A program made the translations under genes and the position numbers. 64,000 nucleotides of DNA from positions 5,191,464 to 5,255,463 of the forward strand of contig NC_057757.1 in NCBI RefSeq assembly GCF_004010195.1. The letters run 5' to 3'. Shown in pieces: positions 1 through 11,213 of the stretch (positions are counted from its first letter, which is position 1; each line of letters opens with the position of its first letter). Origin of the DNA: Chiloscyllium plagiosum (lineage: Eukaryota). The notes beneath the pieces are model-generated. The model had not been told where the DNA came from. It saw only the letters and a list, made by a program, of their open reading frames with translations, and did no database searches.

Positions 1-750
1 AGTGGGCAATATTGAAGGCAAATTGACTACTGGCCTTTTTTTTTCAAAAGAGAAATGGAATATGAAAATGGGCAAGTCATACCAAAATGATATAAGGCAC
101 TAATCAGATCAATGCTGAAATGCTGCTACTAAACAGTTTTGGTCCCCTTATCTAAGGAAAAATATACTGGCATTGGAGGCAATCCAGACAAGGTTCAGTG
201 GGTTGATGTCAGTATGGAGGAATTTTCTTTTGAGGAGATGTTAAGCAGAATGGACCTGTATTCAGGAGATAGAACTGCAGATGCTGGAGATTCAGAGTGG
301 ATAAAGAGTGGAACTGGCAAAAGCACAGCAGGTTAAGCAACATCTAAGGAGCGGGGGAATCGAAGGAACCTTTCGTCAGGAGTTGCACTCATTGGAGTTT
401 ACAAGAATGAGGGGTGACCTTACTGAAACATTTAAGATTCTTATGGGACTTGACGGGCTAGATGTGAAGAGGTTGTTTCCCCTTGTGGGAGAGTCTAGGA
501 CCAGACGTAACCTCACTATGAGGGTTTGTACTTTAAGTCAGAGGAGGAATTTCTCCTCTTTGAGGGCAGTCAATCTGTGAAATTCTTTCTGACAAGGCAA
601 GGTCATCAAGGCTGCGATAGACAGATTTTTTAATGAAGAAGGGGATTAAAGGTCATGGGGAAAAGGCAGGAAAGCAGAGTTGAGGATGATCATATTCGGA
701 GAGCATACTTGATCGGTTGAATGGCTTACTTCTGTTCCTGTGTCTTATGG
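1..750 (+). mobile_element. CR1 LINE 3' fragment (RT C-terminus and 3' UTR) with a small PLE-terminus insert near 270-370
   Basis: Degenerate CR1 ORF2 peptide LHSLEFTRMRGDLTETFKILMGLDGLD..RLFPLVGESRTR; 3' tail cttacttctgttcctgtgtcttatgg. Confidence 0.8.
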
Positions 751-1339
751 CCTTATCTGCTGAGGAGACCTAGTGAATGTCTCTGCAGTTCATCCACAAT
801 TTTGTTTCCAAGTGACGAATTATGATCCTGTCAGAAGCAGGAAGGTCATTTCCAGCAATATCTCCAACCAGTATTAACAAACCAACTCAATTCCTAGGTG
901 ACATTGCAATTACAGAATAAACAAGGCTCTGAGTCAAGGCTGCACCAAGCAGTTGGTGCTGGTATTGAACCAAGACTAACTGATCCTCAGCTGACGCTCT
1001 GCACGCACAGGGGATCTTGCAGCAAATGTGTTCCCTGGTAGCTGCTGCCTTGTCCTTCTAGCGGGGTGTAGAGGTCACACTGCATTTTGTAGATAATACA
1101 CATTGCTGCTGTGTGCATTAGTGGTGGAAGGAGTGAACATGTGAATGTTTAAGGTGGTGGATGGGGTGCAAATCAAGCAGGCCACTTATCCAATGTGGTG
1201 TCAAGCTTCTTGAATGTCGTTGGAGCTGCATTCATCCAGGTCAGTGGGGAGTATCCCATCACACTTCTGACTTGTGCCTTACAGACAGTGCATGGGCTTT
1301 GGGAAGCCAGGAGGTGAGTCACTCTTTAAAATTTGCAAC

Positions 1340-1770
1340 ACTGGCAGACAAGGTGGTTAAGAAGGAGTTTAGCACGCTTGCCTTCGTTGCTCAGACCTTT
1401 GAGTACAGGATTTGGGACGTCATGTTGAGTTTGTACAGGACATTGGTGAGGCCTCTTCTGGAGCACTGTGTCCAGTTCCGGTCGCCCTGTTATAGGAAGG
1501 ATATCATTAAATTGGAGAGGGTTTGGAAAAGATTTACCAGGATGTTGCCAGGAATGGAGGGTTTGAGTTATTAAAAATAGGGTGGGACATTTTTCACTGG
1601 AGCGCAAGAGGCTGAGGGATGCGCTGATAGAGGTTTATACAATCATTAGGAGCATAGAAAAGGTGAACAGCAAGGAACTCTCATTTTGGTTGGGTGTAGC
1701 TCTAAACTAGGAGGCATATTTTTAAAGTGAAATAAGAAAGATTTAAAAAGGACTTTTTACACAGAGAATT
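1340..1770 (+). mobile_element. CR1 LINE fragment
   Basis: Peptide LYRTLVRPLLEHCVQFRSPCYRKDIIKLERV..RFTRMLPGM, typical of the CR1 RT C-terminus. Confidence 0.85.
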
Positions 1771-1789
1771 CACACAGTTACTGCGTAGA

Positions 1790-2080
1790 ATGACATGCAC
1801 ATAAGGACCTTCTTATGCACCCTAGAAAACACTCCAGCTGGGTGCATATCGACCTGGTACGGCAATGCTCTGCCCAGGATCGTAAGAAACAACAGAAAGT
1901 GGTGTGCACAGCCCAGACCATTACAGGAGCCAACCTCCCATCCATGGACTTCATTTACACTTCTTGTTGCTGTGGAAAGGCTGCCAGCATTATCAAAGAC
2001 CCCTCTCAACTGATAAGATTCTCTTCCAACCTCTTCAGTCAGGCAGAAGCTTGAACACATGCACTAACAAGTTCAAGACA
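1790..2080 (+). mobile_element. Rex1/Babar-type LINE RT C-terminal fragment
   Basis: Frameshifted peptides GCISTWYGN and DRKKQQKVVCTAQTITGANLPSMDFIYTSCCCGKAASIIKDPS, typical of Rex1/Babar ORF ends. Confidence 0.7.
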
Positions 2081-3010
2081 GGATTGAATAGTTATATAAA
2101 TTGCCTCAACTGTAGTTATTGGAGATATAGAACAATGAGAGCCACAAATGTCCAAACTTGCTTTATATTCAGAGCACCAAGGAGAGATATACAGCATCAC
2201 AAGCATATAACATCCTAAAGTGCTTGATAGCTAATTAACCTTGTTTGCAATTTATGACACATAAGTGGTGCACAGCAAGCTCCCACAGACAGCAATATGA
2301 TGATGACAGGATTGTCTGTTTCAGTGATATTGAGTGGTAATTGTTAACTCGGAGACACCAATGGGCTACTCCCCCCCCCACCACTCCTGTTCAAATAAAA
2401 TCCCTGGGACCTTTAACATCAGCTCAAATGGGCAGCAGGGGGCCTCTGTTTCACACCTATACAAGTGTGGCTCACCCACAGTACCACAATAGGGTGCCAA
2501 TTTTGCTCTGGAGTGAGTCTGGGATAAATGTTCAAACTTGGCACAGAGGATCCAACGGAAGTATAGAAATGAACCACTGACAGGTACAGGAAAGGCTGCA
2601 CCAAGCACTGGCTCAGCCTGAGAGTCGAGAAGTAACACACGAGTAAATGGGAGATATCAGGAGCAACTGTCCACTGGTCCAATAAATAAGAGTTTAAAAT
2701 AAATACTTGTGATTACAAGGTTCATAAACACCCTTTGGTGTAACAGCTTCTCCTGCTTCCATGGTGAGGTTATGGTCATAATACCTTGTACACATAATTC
2801 AAACAGAATCACAAATGTACTGAATTCATAACTTGAATCGATTTCACTTCAAATAAAAATTATTTTATCCGAAAACATTGCAAATGAAAAAAGCAGTCCT
2901 TTACTTAGCATCCAGGATATATTTTGATGGTGTTGAATGCACGAATGAGTTTCTCCAGAGATACATGTCACAATCCTCCCACTACTGTAAACACTGAGAG
3001 CCACCACTTG

Positions 3011-3424
3011 CTACTGAGGGAGTGTGTGGAAGACTTTGATGTGAATGGCGGAGTTGTTTCTGGTGCGGGTGAGGGGCTCGCCCTCGTCCAGTTCTGGCTC
3101 CAGGTCGTCCACAAGCTCGACAGTCGAGGTGTTGGCGGCGATCTGCAGACTCCCAAAGCTGCCCCCCTGGAGCTGCAGAGCGATGTTGATGGCGCGGTTG
3201 ATGGCCAGCCCCAGGCCATGAATGCAGATCTCGCTAAAGCATCCGCTGTCCAGCATCTTCTGGCAGCGAGCCAGCTGCGCCTTGAAATCCGTCTTCATGT
3301 TGACGTAGATGTCGTTCTTGCGTTTCGGAAGTTTGCGCGGCAGCCTCTTGCGCAGTGTGTACTCCACCTGGTCCATGTCCATTGCCCCCTCCGACGCTGG
3401 TGCTGTGGGCTGGTTTTCAGCCAT
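3011..3424 (-). CDS. POP7: Ribonuclease P/MRP protein subunit p20 (Rpp20, Alba family), 137 aa, single coding exon
   Basis: MAENQ...EYTLRKRLPRKLPKRKNDIYVNMKTDFKAQLARCQKMLD...IHGLGLAINRAINIALQLQ..SFGSLQIAANTSTVELVDDLEP...TRTRNNSAIHIKVF is recognisably vertebrate POP7. The ATG at 3424 lies 5 nt after a polypyrimidine tract and AG acceptor (3431-3430), so the ORF-track extension to 3472 is intronic. Confidence 0.97.
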   Translation of the reverse strand: MAENQPTAPASEGAMDMDQVEYTLRKRLPRKLPKRKNDIYVNMKTDFKAQLARCQKMLDSGCFSEICIHGLGLAINRAINIALQLQGGSFGSLQIAANTSTVELVDDLEPELDEGEPLTRTRNNSAIHIKVFHTLPQ

Positions 3425-3689
3425 ACTCACTGGAAGGATGTAAAGGTAGGAAGAGGAGAGACTGAGTGACATTGTGTGAAGTGAGGAGATGGTGGTGTGG
3501 TGATAATGTTGCTGGACTAGCCATCCCAGATCCCAAGGTAATGCCCAGGGATGTGCGACATATCACACCATTGGCATCTAATGCAATTTAAATTCAAGTT
3601 AATAAATCTGGAATATAAAGCTATGCTCAGTGATGGTGAGCATGTGAATGCTCATCAATTGTCAGAAAAATGTCAGAAAAAGACACGAG

Positions 3690-3920
3690 GAGCAAATTTT
3701 CTTTTTACACAGACTAGTTCGTATATGGAATGAATTTGCAGAGGAAGTGGTGGATTTGGGTACAGTTACAATGTTTAAAAGACATTTAGATAAGTACATG
3801 AATAAGAAATGTTTGGAGGGATATGGGTCAAGCGCAGGTAGATAGAATTAGCTTAATTTGGGATTATGGTCAGCATGGACTGGTTGGACCAAAGGATCAG
3901 TTTCAGTGCTGCGTCACTCT
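3690..3920 (+). mobile_element. CR1 LINE 3' end fragment
   Basis: RIWNEFAEEVVDLGTVTMFKRHLDKYMN plus CR1 3' UTR. Confidence 0.8.
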
Positions 3921-4211
3921 GATTCACTGATACTAATTGCCTTTAGTGAAGGAAATCTGAAACGGTTACCCAGTCTGACTTACTCTAGACCTATGCAATG
4001 ACTCTTAATTGTCCTCTGAAATGGCCAAGCAATAAATACTGGGCCTTGCCAGCAATGCTCATGAAAGAATTAAGAAAAGTAAAACTGACAGTGGTATTTA
4101 AGAACATCCTGAGAGTGTGCTGAACCAAGGAATAATTTAATGAAGGTAGGCGAAGATGCTCTTGTGTCATTGAGTAAAAATGCCAAAATCTGATTTTCAC
4201 TTAACTGTAAT

Positions 4212-4537
4212 CCCTACAGTGTGGAAACAGGCCATTTGGCCCAAAAGGTTTGCACTGATCGTTCGAAGAGTATCCCACCCAGACCCATTCCCCTATACTT
4301 ATTACTCTACATTTCCCCTAACTAATGCAGCTAGCCTACACATCCCTGAACACTATGGGCAATTTAGCACGGCCAATTCACCTAACCTATATGCCTTTGG
4401 ACTGTGGGAGGAAACCAGAGCACCCACAGTAAACCCACGCAGACACAGGGAGAATGTGCAAACTCCACACAGACAGTTGCCCGAGGCTGTAACTGAACCC
4501 AGGTCCCTGGTGCTGTGAGGCAGCAGTGCTAACCACT
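4212..4537 (-). mobile_element. HE1-type tRNA-derived SINE
   Basis: Reverse complement contains cagtggttagcactgctgcctcacag, the central gtggagtttgcacattctcc domain and a CR1-like tail cctgtttccacactgtaggga. Confidence 0.85.
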
Positions 4538-4544
4538 GATATTT

Positions 4545-4810
4545 GGTTCTCTTGTTTCCGTTAGGCGAGGAGACTAGGACCCGTGGACACAGCCTTAGAA
4601 TTAGAGGGGGTAAATTCATAACAGAAATGCGGAGACATTTCTTCAGCCAGAGAGTGGTGGGCCTGTGGAAGTCATTGCCGTGGAGTGCAGTGGAGGCCGG
4701 GACGCTAAATGTCTTCAAGGCAGAAATTGATAAATTCTTGATGTCACAAGGAAGTAAGGGCTACGGGGAGAATGCGGGTAAGTGGAGTTGAAATGCCCAT
4801 CAGCCATTGA
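4545..4810 (+). mobile_element. CR1 LINE 3' fragment running into the minisatellite
   Basis: LFPLGEETRTRGHSLRIRGGKFITEMRRHFFSQRVVGLWKSLP. Confidence 0.85.
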
Positions 4811-5585
4811 TGGCTCCTGGGGCCGAACAGCCAGCCCTCAGCACCCAGGAATGGTGATGGCTCCTGGGGCCGAACAGCCAGCCCTCAGCACCCAGGAATG
4901 GTGATGGCTCCTGGGGCCGAACAGCCAGCCCTCAGCACCCAGGAATGGTGATGGCTCCTGGGGCCGAACAGCCAGCCCTCAGCACCCAGGAATGGTGATG
5001 GCTCCTGGGGCCGAACAGCCAGCTTACTTCTGCTCCTATGTCTTATGGCTCCTGGGGCCGAACAGCCAGCCCTCAGCACCCAGGAATGGTGATGGCTCCT
5101 GGGGCCGAACAGCCAGCCCTCAGCACCCAGGAATGGTGATGGCTCCTGGGGCCCAACAGCCAGCCCTCAGCACCCAGGAATGGTGATGGCTCCTGGGGCC
5201 CAACAGCCAGCCCTCAGCACCCAGGAATGGTGATGGCTCCTGGGGCCCAACAGCCAGCCCTCAGCACCCAGGAATGGTGATGGCTCCTGGGGCCCAACAG
5301 CCAGCCCTCAGCACCCAGGAATGGTGATGGCTCCTGGGGCCCAACAGCCAGCCATCAGCACCCAGGAATGGTGATGGCTCCTGGGGCCCAACAGCCAGCC
5401 CCCAGCACCCAGGAATGGTGATGGCTCCTGGGGCCGAACAGCCAGCCATCAGCACCCAGGAATGGTGATGGCTCGTAGAGTTGAACAGCCAACCCTCATC
5501 ACCCAGGAATGGTGATGGCTCCTGGGGCCGAACAGCCAGCCCTCAGCACCCAGGAATGGTGATGGCTCGTAGAGTTGAACAGCCG
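4808..5585. repeat. 47-bp tandem minisatellite, about 16 copies, in POP7 intron 1
   Basis: Unit tgatggctcctggggccgaacagccagccctcagcacccaggaatgg; atggtgatgg recurs at 4851, 4898, 4945 and 4992. Confidence 0.95.
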
Positions 5586-5960
5586 CACTCACCACGTCGG
5601 AACCGCGAAGCCTCCTCGAGTCGAACAGCTGACACCCACCAGCGGGTAATAGTGGGGTCTTCTAGTCCGCTGCCAAGGCCGGGGCCGGGAAGGTGGTGGG
5701 GAAGGTCTCTGGGCCTAGGCGCCGCCGGTGAAACACAAACCGGGAGCTGGAGCTGGAGCTGGAGCTCGATCCCCGTCACAACCTCCGACCCGCCGCTCGC
5801 AAACACACATGCGCGTGAGGGACCTCAACAACATGGCGGCAGCCCGGGCCCGCACTCAACATCCTGAGTCAACGAGTGTCAGGTACGATGCAAGAGTGCA
5901 CCACACTGCCCACCGAAGCAGACCTCCCGGACAGCACCCCACCAATCAGACGGCTTTACA
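5580..5960. promoter_or_regulatory. CpG-island promoter of POP7 with YY1 motif and CCAAT box
   Basis: High CpG density; AACATGGCGGC (YY1 consensus) at 5830-5840; CCAATCAG at 5942. Confidence 0.7.
5593..5850 (-). other. POP7: Probable non-coding first exon of POP7 (5' boundary uncertain)
   Basis: CpG-rich segment ending at a consensus donor GTGAGT on the minus strand (plus-strand actcac 5587-5592); it pairs with the acceptor at 3430. Confidence 0.7.
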
Positions 5961-6454
5961 ACAACAAAAACTTGTGTTTCCCAAGAGCCTTTACTGCAGT
6001 AATACGTCCAGAGACTAAATATGAAGCAAAATGCAAATACAGGATGACTGATGTCCTGTTATACACATGAGTCTTCCCCATACCAGCTCTTCATATATTT
6101 TAACAAATCTCTTGACAAAGTCTAGGTCTTTCCTTCGTCAGTTGGTGTCTACTTTCACCTCCATTGCATTATCACACACTCCTCTCACTGCTCTGTAAAA
6201 CCATTGTAATCCTGCTTCAAATTCTCCATACGCTCCTTATCAACCAAACTCCATTCTCTCACTTCTCCAAATTACTACAGCCATCTTTACTGGCCCTCAT
6301 TCACTTCCCCTTCTGCCAGTATTCTTTTTCTTAAGTTTACTTATGCATGGGACATTGGCATCACAGGCACTTTGTGTGCATAGATAATTGCCCCTTGAGA
6401 GGGTGCTGGCAATGTTAGTGAGGGAGTTCTAGGATTTGACCCAATGAGCAACGT

Positions 6455-7390
6455 GGAGCGAAGGATGCGAGCATAGGAGGTACAGTTAGTAAGTTTGCAG
6501 ATGACACCAAAATTGGAGGTGTAGTGGACAGCGAAGAGGGTTACCACAGATTACAACAGGATCTGGACCAGATGGGCCAATGGGCTGAGAAGTGGCAGAT
6601 GGATAAATGTGAGGTGCTGCACTTTGGGAAAGCAAATCTTAGCAGGACTTATACACTTAATGGTAAGGTCCTAGGGAGTGTTGCTGAACAAAGAGACCTT
6701 GGAGTGCAGATTCATAGCTCCTTGAAAGTGGAGTCGCAGACAGATAGGATAGTGAAGAAGGCGTTTGGTATGCTTTCCTTTATTGGTCAGAGTATTGAGT
6801 ACAGGAGTTGGGAGGTCATGATGCAGCTGTACAGGACGTTGGTTAGGCCACTTTTGGAATATTGCGTGCAGTTCCGGTCTCCTTGCTATTTGAAAGATGT
6901 TGTGAAACTTGAAAGGGTTCAGAAAAGATTTACAAGGATGTTGCCAGGGTTGGAGGATCTGAGCTACAGGGAGAGGCTGAACAGGCTGGAGCTGTTTTCC
7001 TTGGAGCGTCGGAGGCTGAGGGGTGACCTAGAGGTTTACAAAATAATGAGGGGCATGGATAGGATAAATAGGCAAAGTCTTTTCCCTGGGGTCGGGGAGT
7101 CCAGAACTAGAGGGCATAGGTTTAGGGTGAGAGGGGAAAGATAGAGTCCTAATGGGCAACTTTTTCACACAAAGGGTGGTACGTGTATGGAATGAGCTTC
7201 CAGAGGAAGTGGTAGAGGCTGGTACAATTACAACGTTTAAGAGGCATTTGGATGGGTATATGAATAGGAAGGGTTTGGAGGGATATGGACGGGGTGCTGG
7301 CAAGTGGGACTAGACTGGGTTGGGATATCTGGTCGGCATGGATGGGTTGGACCGAACGGTCTGTTTCCATGCTGTACATCTCTATGACCC
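6455..7390 (+). mobile_element. CR1 LINE 3' portion (RT domain to 3' UTR), relatively young
   Basis: KFADDTK motif at about 6491; 206-aa ORF 6524-7144 with DKCEVLHFG, QRDLGV and LVRPLLEYCVQF; ctctatgac tail. Confidence 0.95.
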
Positions 7391-7637
7391 TATGCTGACA
7401 ATACCAATGTGGTCACTGTTTGGCATGTCCACAAAAATTCTGCAATGTCGTTGCGAATGTGCAAACTCTCACATGCATTGTGTTGGCAACAAATCTGTCC
7501 TTGGGATGAATTGGATATCTTTTTCAAAATGCCAGCACAAACCCGATGGGAAGAATGGCCTGAACTGCTTTTGTTGCATCAAGATCCAAATAAGAATGAA
7601 TCTGTTGTATCTTCAAAAGAATATCTATGAGGTTCTG

Positions 7638-7674
7638 ACACCTGATGAAGGAGCGTCGCTCCGAAAGCTAGTGT
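7638..7674 (+). ncRNA. Minimal type I hammerhead ribozyme motif with intact core
   Basis: ACAC / CUGAUGA / A / GGAGC-GUC-GCUCC / GAAA / GC / UA^ / GUGU: 4-bp stem I, 5-bp stem II, palindromic AGCU stem III. Confidence 0.75.
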
Positions 7675-7760
7675 GCTTCCAATTAAATCTGTTGGACTAT
7701 AACCTGGTGTTGTGTGATTTTTAACTTTGTACACCCCAGTCCAACACCGGCATCTCCGAA
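7638..7760 (+). mobile_element. Penelope-like 3' terminus (family B) with hammerhead motif
   Basis: cctgatgaaggagcgtcgctccgaaagcta...ttggactataacctggtgttgtgtgatttttaac; related copies at about 10520, 36430, 41330 and 61070. Confidence 0.75.
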
Positions 7761-7764
7761 TCTA

Positions 7765-8510
7765 AACTAGTATCACCCACCTGCACTTAGCTCATATCCC
7801 TCCAACCTCCCTCCAAACCTTTCCTATTCATAATGATCTAAGTGTATTTTAAACATTGTAACTGTACCTGCATCCATACTTCCTCAGGAAGTTCATTCCA
7901 CACTTGAACCACCCTCTGTGTGAAAAATTTGCCCCTCACGTCCCTCATACCCCTCTCTCCTGTCATCTTAAAAATATGCTCACTAGTCTTGAAATTCCCC
8001 GTCCTAAAGAAAACACACTCACCGTTAACCCTATCTATATTTCCTCATGATTTTAAGAAAACCTATTAAAAGCTGCAGCTCTATGAGGCATCTCCCACTT
8101 TCTGTGTAAAAAACTTTCCCTCACATCACCTTTGAATTTTTCCCCCTTTTACCTCAAACACATGCCCTCTAGTATTAGACAGTTCAACCTCTGGGAAACA
8201 TATTCTGATTGTCGATCCAATCTGTGCCTCGCATAATTTTCTAACCTTGTATCAGGTCTCTGCTCAGCCTCCGCCCCCTCCACAGAAAACAACCCTAGTT
8301 TGTCCAGCCTCTCCTTATAGCTCATATCCTGCAATCCTCTATAGAGAGTTGTAAAACTCACCATGAACTGAAAGAAAAAGAATTCTCCTCATCCTTATCT
8401 TAAATGGAAGACCCCTATTTTTAAACTGTGTCCCTCATTCTCAGCTCTCCTATAAGGGAAAGCATCCTTTCAGCATCCACCCTGTCAAATCCCCTCAGGA
8501 TCTTACGTAT
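7765..8510 (-). mobile_element. Several CR1 LINE 3' fragments
   Basis: Minus-strand GLQDMSYKERLDKLGLFS and CR1 3' end sequence. Confidence 0.75.
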
Positions 8511-8630
8511 ATCCATGGAACATCATGGATACGATTTGGCAGGACAACGATCACATGAACTTGGTGACTTTGGTGCAACTGCAGGATAAAAAAAAAAATG
8601 TTCTAACAGCCAAGTTCAAGCTGCCATCAC

Positions 8631-8830
8631 GAGAAAGTGAGGACTGCAGATGCTAGAGATCAGAATCAAAAAGTGTGGTGCTGGAAAAGCACAGCCGGTG
8701 AGGCAGCATCCGAGGAGCAGGAGAGTCGACTCTTCATTCCTGATGAAGGGCTTATGCTCGAAATGTCGACTCTCCTGCTCCTTGGATGCTGCCTGGTCAG
8801 CTGTGCTTTTCCGGCACCACACTTTTTGAC
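8631..8830. mobile_element. Palindromic PLE-terminus insert (family A) with hammerhead core at 8740-8767
   Basis: Inverted arms; CTGATGA-A-GGGC-TTAT-GCTC-GAAA-TGTC; imperfect TSD tcaagctgccatca / tcaagttgccagca. Confidence 0.75.
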
Positions 8831-8854
8831 TCAAGTTGCCAGCATACTACCAGG

Positions 8855-9050
8855 CCATAAGGCTGCTGTCTCACAAGAAAGAGGCAACTGGTAGTGGTTT
8901 TAAACTGAGGACCAACTCCTCAGGCGAGGGGAGAGGTTGAGTTGGAGAGTCCTTCATGGTACCCTCAGCCAGTTCAGGAATTGAACCCAAACTAGTGGCA
9001 TAATACCTACTACAAACCAGCCATGCAGCCAACTGAACTAACCAACCCCA
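8855..9050 (-). mobile_element. Second tRNA-derived SINE family (same as 50535-50740)
   Basis: Reverse complement begins ggttagttcagttggctg...gggttcaattcc (A/B-box like) and matches the plus-strand copy at about 50535. Confidence 0.6.
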
Positions 9051-9404
9051 ATAATAGTGGAGGAACTCCTGAAGATGAGGTAATCAGGACAGCTGACTTG
9101 TGGGGGCTTCTAAGACTCTAAGGATGCTAGCATGAAGCTCAACATGAAGGCCCCAAATATCCATTATTGTACCAGGGAGACAATAGCTGGCAACAGAGGA
9201 AAATGGTGAACCCAATCGCAGATTGGCATGCACTCCGGCAACAAGCACCAGTGCTGAAAACAACAACCCACAGTGTCACATGTGGATCATGTAGCTGAAC
9301 GCGCAACGATCAGCTTTCACAGCCATTGGGAAAGTTGCCCAAAGCAAAGATATGGATCACATTCAAAACTTCCATGTCTTGTAGATAGGATGCTCACATA
9401 CCCT

Positions 9405-10120
9405 GCCCATACCACTGCCCCTTGATATTCAATGGTGTTACCATCACTGAATCCCACACTATCAACATTCTAGGGGTGATCATTGACCAGAAACTCAACT
9501 GAAATCACCACATGAACACAGTGGCTACAAGAGCAAGTCAGGGGCTGGGGATATTGTGGTGAATCACCTCCTGACTCCCAAAAACCTGTCCACCATCTAC
9601 AAGGCACAAGTCAGGAGTGGGATGGAATACTCCTCACTTGCCCTGGTTGGGGGCAGCTCCAACAACATTCAAGAAGCTTGACACCATCCAGAACAAAACT
9701 TGATTGGCACCGCATCCACAAACATCCACTCCCTCCATCACCGACGCTCGGTAACAGCAGTGTATAATATCGACAAGAGGTACTGCAGATGTTCACCCAA
9801 GATCCTCAGACAGCACCTTCCAAACCCACAACCACTTCCATCTAAAAGGACAAGGACAGCAGATACATGGGAACACAAGCCCCCTCTAAGTTCTCCTCCA
9901 AGCCACTCATCATCCTGACTTGGAAATATATCGCCATTCCTCCACTATTGCTGGATCAAAATCTTGGAATTCCCTTCCGTAGGGAATTGTGGGTAAACCC
10001 ACAGCAGGTGGACTGCAGCGGTTCAAGAAGGCAGCTCACCCCCACCACCTTCTCAAGGGGCAACTACGAACAGGCAATAAATGCTGGCGAGCGATCGAGA
10101 CTGATATCTGACAAATGAAT
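9405..10120 (+). mobile_element. Non-LTR retrotransposon 3' fragment (CR1/L2-group, clade uncertain)
   Basis: Degenerate LSTIYKAQVRS.MEYS.LA....APTTFKKLDTIQ; same family at 21345-21880 and 24240-25380. Confidence 0.65.
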
Positions 10121-11213
10121 ATTTTTTTAAAAATACACTTGATTCAAGTAATGATCTCAATCAGGATCTTGCTGTGCATCATTTGTGTTTGCTGCACCAA
10201 AGTGTGCCATATAAATGCAGGATCTTGTTATGCAAAACCATATGAGCAAAGCACTGGGATTCAACCTGAAAGGATTAGGATTCAAAAGCAGAGTAGCTAT
10301 CATGAACTTGTATGGAAACCACAGGGCTCACTTTGAATAAGGTGCACAGTTCTATTTCTCATTTATTCGTAGATGATCTTATAGATCGTGAAAAGGTTGC
10401 TAAAGATTGGTGATATAGTGAACAGTGAAGAAGGTTATCTAAGATTACAAAGAGATCTCAATTAATTGGTTCGGCCACTTTTGGAATACTGTATGGAGTT
10501 TGGTCACCCTGCTATAGAAGGTGACAAAGAAGCAGCACTCCAAAAGCGTGTGATTTCGTGTAAACCTGTTGGACTATAACCTGGTATCATCTGACTTTGT
10601 TTGCCCCAGTCCAACACCAGCACCTCCACACCTTTAGGAAAGCGACTGGGGACTTTAAAATGATGAAGGCGGTTGGACAGGGTAGATATGAGGAAGGTGT
10701 TACTGCTTGCAGGTGAGCCATCAATCTCAGACAGATTTTAATAAATCCAGGGGAGAGTTCCGCAGAAACCTCATGATCCAGACAGTGGGGAGAATATGGA
10801 ATTCACTCCCACAGTTGAAGCAAATAGTGTCGGTACAGAGGGGAAACTAGATATGAGGGAGAAGAGTAGAGGTGGGGGTATATTGATGGAGTGAGGTGAA
10901 GACCTGTGGGAGGAGACTCATGTGGAACATAAACCCTAATGCAGACTGAGTGAAGAGCTGACAGACTAGCAGTAACGTTACTGGAGAGCTTTAAGTTTAA
11001 TGTTGTGGTGGAGACAGTTCAAATCCCACATAGCAGGAATTTTAATTGAATACGTGTGGGATATAAAGATACTCTTAATAATGGGGACTGTGGCAGCTAT
11101 CATCAGTTGTCAGAAATTCATCTGATTCACCAATGTCCTTGAGGGAAGGAAATCTGCAGTTCTTACCTGTGCTAGCTTATATCTGACTCCAGACCTTTGG
11201 TAATATGGCGACT

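Noticed and set aside
2924..3469. 181-aa plus-strand ORF antisense to POP7
   Set aside because: Shadow of a GC-rich CDS; non-ATG start and no recognisable protein
3425..3472. N-terminal extension MSLSLSSSYLYILPVS of POP7
   Set aside because: It translates the intron polypyrimidine tract and acceptor
4808..5585. CRISPR-like array
   Set aside because: Contiguous near-identical 47-bp units with no unique spacers, no cas genes, and a vertebrate context
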